Source: Candidatus Poribacteria bacterium
GTDB lineage: Bacteria > Poribacteria > WGA-4E > B28-G17
DNA: 64,000 nt
NCBI GenBank assembly: GCA_021162805.1
Contig: JAGGXZ010000003.1
Span: 8,372 to 72,371 of the forward strand
Reading direction: 5' to 3'
Position numbers and translations under genes: made by a program. Below the pieces are notes generated by a model, which had not been told where the DNA came from, made no database searches, and saw nothing but the letters and a program-made list of their open reading frames with translations. Below, in pieces: positions 34,963 through 47,475 of the stretch. Numbering within the stretch: the first letter of the stretch is position 1; the number at the start of each line of letters is the position of its first letter.

Positions 34963-36273
34963 ATGACGGAGATCTGGAGATTAGCTTACAACCTGCTCGC
35001 CGTTCCGATGCTTCTTCTCTATTTCCGTCTCCGTTCTCTCCGAGATGAAAAGGTGCGGGAGGGAATTGAGGGAAGACGTGATCTATTCGACCGGCTGAGA
35101 CGACAGCTTGAAGTGGGACGGCGGATGGATAGGACGATCTGGTTCCACTTCACATCGGTCGGCGAGTTCGAACAGGCCAAGCCGGTGATAGAGGATATTA
35201 AGGACGAGGCTCGCATCGTGCTGACGTACTTCTCCCCCTCCGTTCAGGGGAACGTCGAGAGATATCCCCATAAGGACGCGGCCTCATACCTGCCGATCGA
35301 CACCAAATGGAACGCCCAAAGGATGTTCGATCTGATAGAACCGGATCTTCTTATCTTCTCCAAGTTCGATATATGGCCGAATCTGGTCTGGGAGGCAGCG
35401 AGAAGAAAGGTTCCGATACTCCTCATAGCCGGCACGCTTCATGCCGAATCGAAGAGGATATCCCCGATCGCAAAGCCGTTTTTCAGCGCCGTACACAGAT
35501 ATATCGACATGCACTGTGCCATATCGGAGGCCGATGCCAGGAGGTTTGAGAGCCTCTGTGGAGATCCATCCCGTGTTCTCGTCACGGGCGATACCAGGTT
35601 CGATCAGGTATATCGCAGGGCGATGAGGGTTGATGAGAGAGGGCTGATACCGAACCAAGATAGGATCAAGAGACCTGTGGTGGTGGCCGGAAGCACCTAT
35701 ACCCAGAGTGAGAGGGTGCTTCTGGAGGCCTACAGGAAGATCCGAGCTGAAAAAAGTGAGGAACATCCCTTCACCTTGATCCTGGTGCCACACGAGCCGA
35801 CGGAGGAGAGGATGAGAGAGATAGAGGAGCTTCTGGATGAGGGCGGTTTAAGCTATGTGAGATTCAGCCAGATCACCGAAGAAACAGATCTCTCGAGCTT
35901 CAACGTGCTGGTTATAGATACGGTCGGCCTGTTGGCGGGGCTTTACAAGCTGGGCGATGTGGCGTTTGTGGGCGGAAGCTTTCGGGGCAACGTGCATAAC
36001 GTGATGGAGCCCGCTGTGATGGGCAAACCCGTTATCTTCGGCCCCTATATAGCCAATTCGTTCGAGGCGAAGGTAATGCTGAGGAGGGGCGGGGCGATAA
36101 TGGTCGAGGATGCCGATGAGATGGCCTCGACCATCTCATCGTTGATAGATGAGCCTCGAAAGAGGGATAGAATCGGCAGGATCGCCAGAGAGGTGATTAT
36201 CTCAAACCTCGGTGCCGCCGATAGGACGGTCAGAGAGGTCAGAAGGTTCCTGGGGGTGACGGCTAATGCCTGA
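34963..36273 (+). CDS. waaA: 3-deoxy-D-manno-octulosonic acid (Kdo) transferase
   Basis: 'IWFHFTSVGEFEQAKPVI' (compare 'W.HA.SVGE') and a C-terminal GT-B half 'FVGGSF...HNVMEPA'. Confidence 0.8.
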   Translation: MTEIWRLAYNLLAVPMLLLYFRLRSLRDEKVREGIEGRRDLFDRLRRQLEVGRRMDRTIWFHFTSVGEFEQAKPVIEDIKDEARIVLTYFSPSVQGNVERYPHKDAASYLPIDTKWNAQRMFDLIEPDLLIFSKFDIWPNLVWEAARRKVPILLIAGTLHAESKRISPIAKPFFSAVHRYIDMHCAISEADARRFESLCGDPSRVLVTGDTRFDQVYRRAMRVDERGLIPNQDRIKRPVVVAGSTYTQSERVLLEAYRKIRAEKSEEHPFTLILVPHEPTEERMREIEELLDEGGLSYVRFSQITEETDLSSFNVLVIDTVGLLAGLYKLGDVAFVGGSFRGNVHNVMEPAVMGKPVIFGPYIANSFEAKVMLRRGGAIMVEDADEMASTISSLIDEPRKRDRIGRIAREVIISNLGAADRTVREVRRFLGVTANA

Positions 36274-38116
36274 TTTCATGCGTCAGATCCGCGAGGAGCA
36301 TAAGGCCGGGGTTGCTCACACCTTCCTGCTGCATTTCAACGTGACGGACCTCGCAAGAGATCCGATATTCGGATATCTCACCATGTTGGATTACCTGATG
36401 GAACAGTTAAACGATATCGGCTGTGATGTGGTGGTCGCATACGATAGGTCCCAGGGTGTGATATTCCCCAACGTGGGACTCCGTTCGGAGTATCAAAAGC
36501 TGCTCGGACTCGATATCAAACTGCCGGAGGGAACGGAGGTCAAGCGTCCTCCCATCAATTCAAAGCTTCACATCAAGAAGGCCGGTATACCACGTGAGCC
36601 TGAGGATGCGTTGCCTAGGCTGGAGCAGCTTCTCAGACAGAGGCTGGCGGGGTTGAGAATAGGTGTGATAATCTATTTCGTGGAGAGGATCGCTCCCAAC
36701 GGCGATCCGGTCGACCTGCCCGAAGAGACGTTGGTAAACATCGAGACGATCGAGCGATGGGCGATGGACCTGGAGATGAAGTTCCTCGGTAGCATCGTGC
36801 TGCTTGTTGCCGAGAACCTTGCTGACGTTTCACCCCAGATAACGACCAACACGCACATCCGCATCGTGGAGGTGCCCCTACCGGATTATCAGGATAGGCT
36901 CGAATTCATAAAGCACCTCCTGAACCTCCCTGAGCCCGAAAAGAAGGATTCGAGGATGCAATTGGTCAATAAGCTCCGGCTTGAACGGAACATGTCGCCG
37001 GAGAAATTCGCCGCTATGACAGCTGGACTAAGGCTTATAGATATCCACGATCTCGCCTTGAAAGCCGAAGAGGTGAATAAGCCCATAACGGAGGAGATAG
37101 TCATTCAGCGCAAATACGAGTCCGTCCTCTACAGGAGCAGAGGGTTATTGGAGCTGATAAGGCCCTCTAACGTCCTTCAGTTCGTGGGCGGATTAGATCA
37201 CGCATCGAGATATTTCAGGCCCGTCATAGAGATGCTTATGAGGGGAGATCCCGAGACACCGATGGGAGTTCTGCTGGTAGGTCCTCCCGGAACGGGAAAA
37301 ACGCTGACCGTCGAGGCGATGGCGGGGATAAACGGGTTGACCTGCGTCAGGCTCAAGACGGCCAGAGAGGTATGGCTCGCCCAACAGGCAGGAACCTTTG
37401 AAACCTGGGAGAGGATGTATGAAAGGGATCTATCACTGGCTTTGACGACGATAAGAAACCTCGCCCCGGTGGTGGTTTTCATCGACGAAATGGAGAGATT
37501 CACGTTGGAGAGAGGCACGGGGTTTCAGAGAATACTCCCCATAGAGCTGCTCAACTTCATGGATAACCCGCAAAACAGGGGAAAGGTTCTGTGGGTCGGA
37601 GCGACGTCCAGGCCGGATCTGATAGATCCCAGCTTCAGAAAGGCGGGCAGGTTTGACGATAAGCTTGTATATCTGATCCCCCACAGGAAGGACAGGGCGG
37701 ATATCCTCAGAAAGATGTTCGCCAAACACAGAATCCCACATGCCGATAATCTGGATCTCAATAAGCTAGCTGGCGGGGATTTCCCCGAGGAGATAACGGG
37801 CGCCGATCTGGAGCTTATCGCTCGTAGAAGCCTTACGATCGCTCAGGCAAGTGGGCACAAGCAGGTGATGCAAAACGATCTTATGGCTGCAGCGAGGGAT
37901 TTCGTGCCCAGATACTCGCCCCAGGTCTATGAGTTTCTCTCCCTGCTGGCTTTGAGGGAGGCGAACTCGCGATTCATGGTGCCGGAAAGGGTCCCTGACT
38001 CGATAAGGAAGATCGCCTTCGATGGTGAAAGAATCGATAAGGCGAAGATAGAGTCCCGCCTCATAGAGCTTGAGAGGGAGCTCAGGATAAGACAGGGCAG
38101 CCGCTATAACTTTTAA
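36266..38116 (+). CDS. AAA+ ATPase with a large non-catalytic N-terminal domain (Ycf46-like architecture)
   Basis: Walker A 'LLVGPPGTGKTL', Walker B 'VVFIDEME', 'SRPDLIDPSFRKAGRFD'. The N-terminal ~330 aa lack a P-loop. It overlaps the waaA stop by 8 nt (ATGCCTGA). Confidence 0.8.
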   Translation: MPDFMRQIREEHKAGVAHTFLLHFNVTDLARDPIFGYLTMLDYLMEQLNDIGCDVVVAYDRSQGVIFPNVGLRSEYQKLLGLDIKLPEGTEVKRPPINSKLHIKKAGIPREPEDALPRLEQLLRQRLAGLRIGVIIYFVERIAPNGDPVDLPEETLVNIETIERWAMDLEMKFLGSIVLLVAENLADVSPQITTNTHIRIVEVPLPDYQDRLEFIKHLLNLPEPEKKDSRMQLVNKLRLERNMSPEKFAAMTAGLRLIDIHDLALKAEEVNKPITEEIVIQRKYESVLYRSRGLLELIRPSNVLQFVGGLDHASRYFRPVIEMLMRGDPETPMGVLLVGPPGTGKTLTVEAMAGINGLTCVRLKTAREVWLAQQAGTFETWERMYERDLSLALTTIRNLAPVVVFIDEMERFTLERGTGFQRILPIELLNFMDNPQNRGKVLWVGATSRPDLIDPSFRKAGRFDDKLVYLIPHRKDRADILRKMFAKHRIPHADNLDLNKLAGGDFPEEITGADLELIARRSLTIAQASGHKQVMQNDLMAAARDFVPRYSPQVYEFLSLLALREANSRFMVPERVPDSIRKIAFDGERIDKAKIESRLIELERELRIRQGSRYNF

Positions 38117-38117
38117 C

Positions 38118-38190
38118 GGTCATTTGTAGTCATTGAGTCATTTCGCTGCGCTGTCATTATGAGGATAACCACAAATGACGATAAATGACA
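38118..38190 (+). repeat. REP-like dispersed repeat, copy B
   Basis: 'ggtcatttgtagtcattgagtcatttcgctgcgctgtcatt' carries 4 GTCATT modules, followed by inverted 'acaaatgacgataaatgaca'. It starts 2 nt after the AAA+ stop codon. Confidence 0.7.
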
Positions 38191-38222
38191 GCAGGTGATA
38201 TCCCAGGGCGGGTGATGAAATC

Positions 38223-41108
38223 ATGAGACCTTTCTTGATATCGGCCATTTTCTTTCTGGCTATTCTGATAGAGCTCGGTGTTATCATCGGGTCCATTCTT
38301 CTACTACGCCGTGGTGTGAGGAGGCGCAACCGAGTTGATAAGGTAAAAGGGTATGTCCTGCTCGGTGTGGGCAGCTTCCTCAGCCTGATCATGGCCCTCC
38401 CTTCAGCCGCCTACCTCTACACGGAAAAGCTCTGGTATGAGCATCTCGGGTACTCCCAGGTCTTTTGGAAGCTTCTTATGACTAGGTGGGAGCTCTTTTT
38501 CCTGTATGGAGGTATATCGGCATGCTTTATGCTGCTCAATCTCTTCATCGCAAGGGCGATCTGTCCAGTTCCTCAGGCCTTCAGAAGATGGGCCGATCAG
38601 GGGACGAAGGCCTTCCACAGGATGATGGTGAGCGTGATACTGCTTATCTCCATCATATTCGGGATAGCTGCTGTGCCGTTCTGGCAGGATTATCTCATGA
38701 ACCGAAACAGGGTCGAGGTGGGTGAAAAGGACCCGATATTCAACAAGGACATAGGGTTCTACATGTTCTCGTTGAGATTTAAGGATTTCACCACCGCCTG
38801 GATGAAGGCGCTGGTATGGCTCAGCGCGGGGTTGCTGCTTTGGATCTATAACTTCTACTCCAACAGAGATCCACAATCCCTGATACGAGCCAGATCCGGG
38901 ATCCTATATCACGGCACCGCCCTTTGGATCGCCGCCCTTATCGTTTCGATTCTCCGATCGCGCATATCCATATGGAAAACGCTTTTCTCGAGCAGAGGGA
39001 CGGTTTACGGTGTCGGATATGCCGAGGCACATGCCCATATTCCCGCTCTGAAGGCGCATATCGTCATCCTGATCCTGATCGGACTCGTGCTCCTGTTTAA
39101 TCTCAAGTTCCGTAAGAAGATTGTCTGGGTGACGGCCTGTGCTGTTTGGTTTTTAAGCTATCTCTTAGGGGTTCAGCTTTACCCTTTCCTCGTCCAGGAG
39201 TTTAGGGTCAAGCCCACCGAGAGGGTGTTGGAGCTGGAATACCTTTCGAATAACATCAAGATGACGCGTAAGGCATACGGGCTGGATAAGATCGAGGAAG
39301 AGACGGGATTGGTCAATAAGCTCGCCACGCTTGATGTGATAAGGGGAAATCAGTGGATACTCGACAACATGCAGCTATGGGATCGGAAGGCGCTTTACAA
39401 GACATTGACCGACCTGCAGGAGTTGAGGCCGTATTATAGCTTCTACGACGTGGATGTGGACAGATACATGGTCAACGGGCAATATCGTCAGGTGATGATA
39501 GCAGCTAGGGAGATGAATCCTGAGAGAATTCCGAAGTTCGCCAGAACGTGGGTTAACATGAGGTTGAAATACACCCATGGATATGGGGTGGTGATCGTGC
39601 CGGTCAACGAATTCACACCTGAAGGCAGGCCGAACTACTGGGTTAAGGATATACCGCCTTCGAGCTCCTATCCCGAGTTCACCATAACACAGCCGGAGAT
39701 CTATTTCGGTGAGATGACGAAGGAGCATATCTTCGTCAACACGGGTGAGCCGGAACTGGACTATTCGATTCGATCCCCACAAGGAGAGGGGGAGGAAAAC
39801 GTCTACACCTTCTACAAAGGACGGGGAGGCGTGCAGCTAGGTCGAGGTTTCAGGAGATTGGCCTTCATGTGGCGTTTCGCCAAACTCAACGTCATCCTCT
39901 CGAAATACCTTCAACCTCAAAGCAGAGTTATGTATCGAAGGGCCGTTCTGGATAGGATCAAGGCTCTGGCACCTTTTTTGATGTTCGATAGGGACCCCTA
40001 TATCGTCGTCGGGAAATCGGGAAAGCTGTGGTGGATAGTCGATGCCTTCACACATAGTAAGCATTATCCGTACTCCGAGCCCTATCCCGGCCCGCAGCCT
40101 AAACCGGAGACCAAATACGCTCCCGATTGGGGGCTTAGGAATAAGTTCAACTATATCCGTAACTCCATTCAAGCCATGATAGATGCCTATAACGGCGACG
40201 TATACTTCTTCATCCGCGATGAGACCGACCCGATGGTACAGGTCTATAAGAGGATCTTCCCGGGGATGCTGAGGCCACAGGAGGAGATACCCGACGGCCT
40301 GATAGATCATGGCCGATTCCCCGACATCCTCACCCTCATACTCTCCAGGATGTACACCGTCTATCACATGCAGGATCCGCAGGTCTTCTACGGACAGGAG
40401 GACAAGTGGGAGCTACCGCTGGAGCTGTACTACACCAAGGAGAAACGGGAGATGGTCCCCTATTATGCCACGATCAAGCTTCCCGGAGAGAAACACGTGG
40501 AGTTCGTCAACATGATGCCCTTTACGCCCACGGCGGGGAAAAGGAATCTCATAGCTTGGCTGGTGGCCAGATGCGATGCCGAGTATTACGGCAGGCTCCG
40601 GGCGTATATACTCCCCAAGGGCAGGGAGATAGATGGGCCAGAGATCATCGAGGACAGGATAGACCAGGATCCCGATATGTCCAAACAGCTATCGCTGTGG
40701 GATCAGGGAGGGTCTTCGGTCATCCGAGGAAATGTCCTGACCATCCCCGTTGAGGATACCCTCTTCTATGTCGAGCCGATCTATCTACAGGCCAAGGACG
40801 CCAAAAGGCCGGAGCTGAAACAGGTCGTCGTGGCGGCGGGCGATAGATTAGCATGGGGCGCGAACTTCATCCAGGCTTTAAACAGGATCTTCGTGGGGCA
40901 GGTCGTCCAGGAGGAAAAGACGAGCGAGGAGAAACAGCCCAAACTCACCTGGAGGGATCTGGCCGCGACTGCTAAAACCTCCTTTGAAAACTACAAGAAG
41001 CTCATGGGTGAGGGTAAGATCAAAGAGGCCGCCGAGGCTCTCGAACAGCTGAACAACGCACTCAACGCTCTGCTGCAACAGGCCCAAACTTCATCAGGAG
41101 GTTCCTGA
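38223..41108 (+). CDS. UPF0182-family large membrane protein
   Basis: 961 aa with an N-terminal ~7 TM helices and then a large soluble region ('RLKYTHGYGVV', 'VEPIYLQA'). Size and topology fit UPF0182 as I remember it; this needs a profile search. Confidence 0.65.
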   Translation: MRPFLISAIFFLAILIELGVIIGSILLLRRGVRRRNRVDKVKGYVLLGVGSFLSLIMALPSAAYLYTEKLWYEHLGYSQVFWKLLMTRWELFFLYGGISACFMLLNLFIARAICPVPQAFRRWADQGTKAFHRMMVSVILLISIIFGIAAVPFWQDYLMNRNRVEVGEKDPIFNKDIGFYMFSLRFKDFTTAWMKALVWLSAGLLLWIYNFYSNRDPQSLIRARSGILYHGTALWIAALIVSILRSRISIWKTLFSSRGTVYGVGYAEAHAHIPALKAHIVILILIGLVLLFNLKFRKKIVWVTACAVWFLSYLLGVQLYPFLVQEFRVKPTERVLELEYLSNNIKMTRKAYGLDKIEEETGLVNKLATLDVIRGNQWILDNMQLWDRKALYKTLTDLQELRPYYSFYDVDVDRYMVNGQYRQVMIAAREMNPERIPKFARTWVNMRLKYTHGYGVVIVPVNEFTPEGRPNYWVKDIPPSSSYPEFTITQPEIYFGEMTKEHIFVNTGEPELDYSIRSPQGEGEENVYTFYKGRGGVQLGRGFRRLAFMWRFAKLNVILSKYLQPQSRVMYRRAVLDRIKALAPFLMFDRDPYIVVGKSGKLWWIVDAFTHSKHYPYSEPYPGPQPKPETKYAPDWGLRNKFNYIRNSIQAMIDAYNGDVYFFIRDETDPMVQVYKRIFPGMLRPQEEIPDGLIDHGRFPDILTLILSRMYTVYHMQDPQVFYGQEDKWELPLELYYTKEKREMVPYYATIKLPGEKHVEFVNMMPFTPTAGKRNLIAWLVARCDAEYYGRLRAYILPKGREIDGPEIIEDRIDQDPDMSKQLSLWDQGGSSVIRGNVLTIPVEDTLFYVEPIYLQAKDAKRPELKQVVVAAGDRLAWGANFIQALNRIFVGQVVQEEKTSEEKQPKLTWRDLAATAKTSFENYKKLMGEGKIKEAAEALEQLNNALNALLQQAQTSSGGS

Positions 41109-41114
41109 TCCGCT

Positions 41115-41258
41115 ATGAAATACGATCCTAACATATATCACCGCCGATCGATTCGGTTGAAAGGTTATGATTACAGCCGTCCGGGAGCATATTTCATCAC
41201 CATTTGCACCCACAACCGGAGATGTCTGTTTGGCGAGGTGGTGGCATCTAGACCCTGA
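41115..41258 (+). pseudogene. N-terminal remnant of a RAYT / IS200-like Y1 (HUH) transposase
   Basis: Own translation: MKYDPNIYHRRSIRLKGYDYSRPGAYFITICTHNRRCLFGEVVASRP*. This matches the very conserved N-terminus of REP-associated tyrosine transposase-like proteins. It stops after 47 codons, before the HUH motif. Confidence 0.6.
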
Positions 41259-41333
41259 AAACCCCTATCGGATGGGACGCGAGGCAAACCACTCCGGACA
41301 AGCGGTGGACGTTATGTTCGAGGCAGGAGGTAA

Positions 41334-45013
<3,680 letters not shown>

Positions 45014-45084
45014 TCAGGCAACCTCCCCTTTTTGAAAAGAGCTTAAACGTGGCTATGAGCTGCGTCTGATCGTTATCGCTATGA

Positions 45085-45996
45085 TCATGAACCATCCTCA
45101 AATAGCTTAGGCGATTTATACTCTATTAGAAATTCCCTTATCCTCCTTTCCGCTAATTTCACATATTCCTCCTCTATATCGTAACCCACATAATATCTCC
45201 CCGTTTTTATCGCGGCGATAGCCGTTTGGCCGCTTCCCATAAATGGGTCTAACACGACATCGCCTTCGTATGTGTAAAGTTGTATACATCTGTAGGGGAG
45301 CTCCACGGGAAAGGGCGCGGGATGACCTATTTCCTTTGCGGATACAGCCGGAAACGTCCATACACTCTTCGTGTACTCCAGGAACTCCTCCTTTGAAATC
45401 GTGTCTTTTTTCTTGCTCGGGTTTTTCCTCTGAAAAGTGCCTTTAGAAAAGATCAGGATATACTCGTGAACATCCCTGAGCGTAGGATTTGCCGCGGAGC
45501 ACCAACTTCCCCATGCGGTAGATGAACTCGCGGAAGATGCTTTGTTCCAGATAACCTCTCCTCTCATAAGGAAGCCGATGTCGAGCATGTCTTCTATAAC
45601 GAAGGCATGCAAAGGAATATATGGCTTTCTGCCGAGGTTAGCGATGTTTATACATGCTCTTCCACCAGGAACGAGAACCCTGTAAACTTCCCTCCAAACC
45701 CTTTTTAAGAATTCCAGATATTCTTTAAGCGTAAAATCCCTATCGTATTCCTTCCCCACATTATAGGGTGGTGAGGTTACCATCAAATGCACACTATTAT
45801 CCGGTAGCTCCTCCATTTCTTCGGAGGATTTACGGAAGATTTTGTTTAAGACCTCCTGGGGGAGCGGATTTTCCTCATATTTAACCTTTTGTTCTCTGGG
45901 GAGTCCCTCATATAACTTACTTGTGTAAAACGGTGTGGAATCGTGATTTATCCTACCCGGTGAGCCGAATGAGCTGGTCCTTGTCCCTCTTTTCAT
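45085..45996 (-). CDS. beta-class DNA methyltransferase, SPPY motif (N4-cytosine type likely)
   Basis: Motif IV 'MVTSPPYNVGKEYD' precedes motif I 'VLDPFMGSGQTAIAA', which is beta-class order. The gene is clearly AT-richer than its neighbours. Confidence 0.85.
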   Translation of the reverse strand: MKRGTRTSSFGSPGRINHDSTPFYTSKLYEGLPREQKVKYEENPLPQEVLNKIFRKSSEEMEELPDNSVHLMVTSPPYNVGKEYDRDFTLKEYLEFLKRVWREVYRVLVPGGRACINIANLGRKPYIPLHAFVIEDMLDIGFLMRGEVIWNKASSASSSTAWGSWCSAANPTLRDVHEYILIFSKGTFQRKNPSKKKDTISKEEFLEYTKSVWTFPAVSAKEIGHPAPFPVELPYRCIQLYTYEGDVVLDPFMGSGQTAIAAIKTGRYYVGYDIEEEYVKLAERRIREFLIEYKSPKLFEDGS

Positions 45997-46131
45997 TGAT
46001 TTTAATGTTCCCTCCGGTTAGATACGAAACGACCTGACGGATCTGGCGATCATGCTGCTTCATATAGGTTATCGTATCCCATCCATAGCCGATCCTTATT
46101 TTTCAGAGATTCGTCAACCCTTTCAGATAAA

Positions 46132-47439
46132 TCATAGCACATCCCTCCTGAATCTATCGGCCAGGTCCAGCGGGATCTTGGGGTAATCCAGTTTCATCGT
46201 GAGCAGATCGTCCAGCAATTCATACACTTTGCTCGGTTTGCCCGATTTTTTGGCCTCCTCCAACCTCTTAGCCCACGGCTCCTCCATCAAGATCCGGGCG
46301 TAGGTTCGATATTTGCTTATCTGATTGATCGAGGCTATAAAGGCTCTGAGCCTGTCGTCGTCCTTCGGGAAGATATCGGGCTCATATGCCCCGTCATATC
46401 CTTTTGATACCTCGTAGTAGCACGCCTCGAGGGCGTCGAGCGGATGATACTTGCCGAAGATATCGTCCGTATCGATTTTCCCCAGCGAATCGTTCGGATG
46501 GCGCAGGAAAAGCCTTCCCGCTTCCAGACAGAGATCCACCGCATCGGCCACCGTCTGATGCCCGCCGAGGAGGTAGACGTGGGCGTCCTCTATGTTCACG
46601 CCCATCTTTCCCCTGTAATTTGACTCGAAGAGCATCTCGCCTTCCTCTTCACCGTAGGCGTGGATCAGCGTCTGACGCACCTCCTCCTCGACCTCCATAC
46701 ACATCCTCAGAGCGGCGTTAACATCCGGTATGACCGCCCTCTCACCCGGGTCGTAGGGCTTGAACTCGATCGCATATCCCACCTCGCCGTTGACCGATAT
46801 GAGGTTGGTGGCGTAGATCTGCCGGGTCCATCTCCACTTTTCGGAGGCGGCGTGGATAAAGTGTCCAGCCAAGGCATCCCTGCCAGCCCAATCGGTCTGG
46901 AACCTGCATCCGTACCTTTTGCCCAGCTCCTGTGCCCTCATGTTCATCAGAAGCGCTATCTCGCGGATGCGGGGATCGTTATTGGACGGCCCGCCGGCGC
47001 TGAAGATGGGGTATGAGAAGGTGTTGGCCGCTATGGAGGCTATATACATGCCCCTCTCTGAAAGCATCTCGTTGATTTTGGCGTGATTATCCTCGCCCAG
47101 CTCGCCCGGGTAATGGAAGGAGATGCCGCGCACCCCCAGGCGGTATAGGAACTCGAAGGCCACCTCAGGAGACATTCCCCCTTCCACATATGAGAGGCCG
47201 AACCTGTCGCGAAGGGCATCGTTTTGAGGGTCCGGAACGGCGAGGTACCATATCCCGGCCGTTATCTTCAGGTTTTCCGTTACCCTGATCGCCTCCTCAT
47301 ACTGTTCGCCCTTTTTAATCTCTCCCACGGACATGCCGGAGAAATCTATCTGACCCTTGAGCTCCTCGCGGAGCACCGCTATCCTATCGTCTTTGGGCTT
47401 TTGTAGCTTCGCTATCTCCTCTTTGGTTAAATTCATCAT
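46132..47439 (-). CDS. xylose-isomerase-like TIM-barrel sugar isomerase
   Basis: 'ITAGIWYL...DRFG', 'ISFHYPGE', 'YAIEFKPYDPGE' (compare EPKPxEP), 'NIEDAHVYLLGGH'. Substrate unknown. Confidence 0.65.
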   Translation of the reverse strand: MMNLTKEEIAKLQKPKDDRIAVLREELKGQIDFSGMSVGEIKKGEQYEEAIRVTENLKITAGIWYLAVPDPQNDALRDRFGLSYVEGGMSPEVAFEFLYRLGVRGISFHYPGELGEDNHAKINEMLSERGMYIASIAANTFSYPIFSAGGPSNNDPRIREIALLMNMRAQELGKRYGCRFQTDWAGRDALAGHFIHAASEKWRWTRQIYATNLISVNGEVGYAIEFKPYDPGERAVIPDVNAALRMCMEVEEEVRQTLIHAYGEEEGEMLFESNYRGKMGVNIEDAHVYLLGGHQTVADAVDLCLEAGRLFLRHPNDSLGKIDTDDIFGKYHPLDALEACYYEVSKGYDGAYEPDIFPKDDDRLRAFIASINQISKYRTYARILMEEPWAKRLEEAKKSGKPSKVYELLDDLLTMKLDYPKIPLDLADRFRRDVL

Positions 47440-47475
47440 TGCCTCTCCTTTCCTCTATATTCTTTCCGGGATGGG

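Noticed and set aside
45997-46131. Search for a restriction endonuclease or controller gene next to the SPPY methyltransferase
   Set aside because: Only a 36-codon ORF out of frame with the methyltransferase start is present. The spacers on both sides are too short for an endonuclease.
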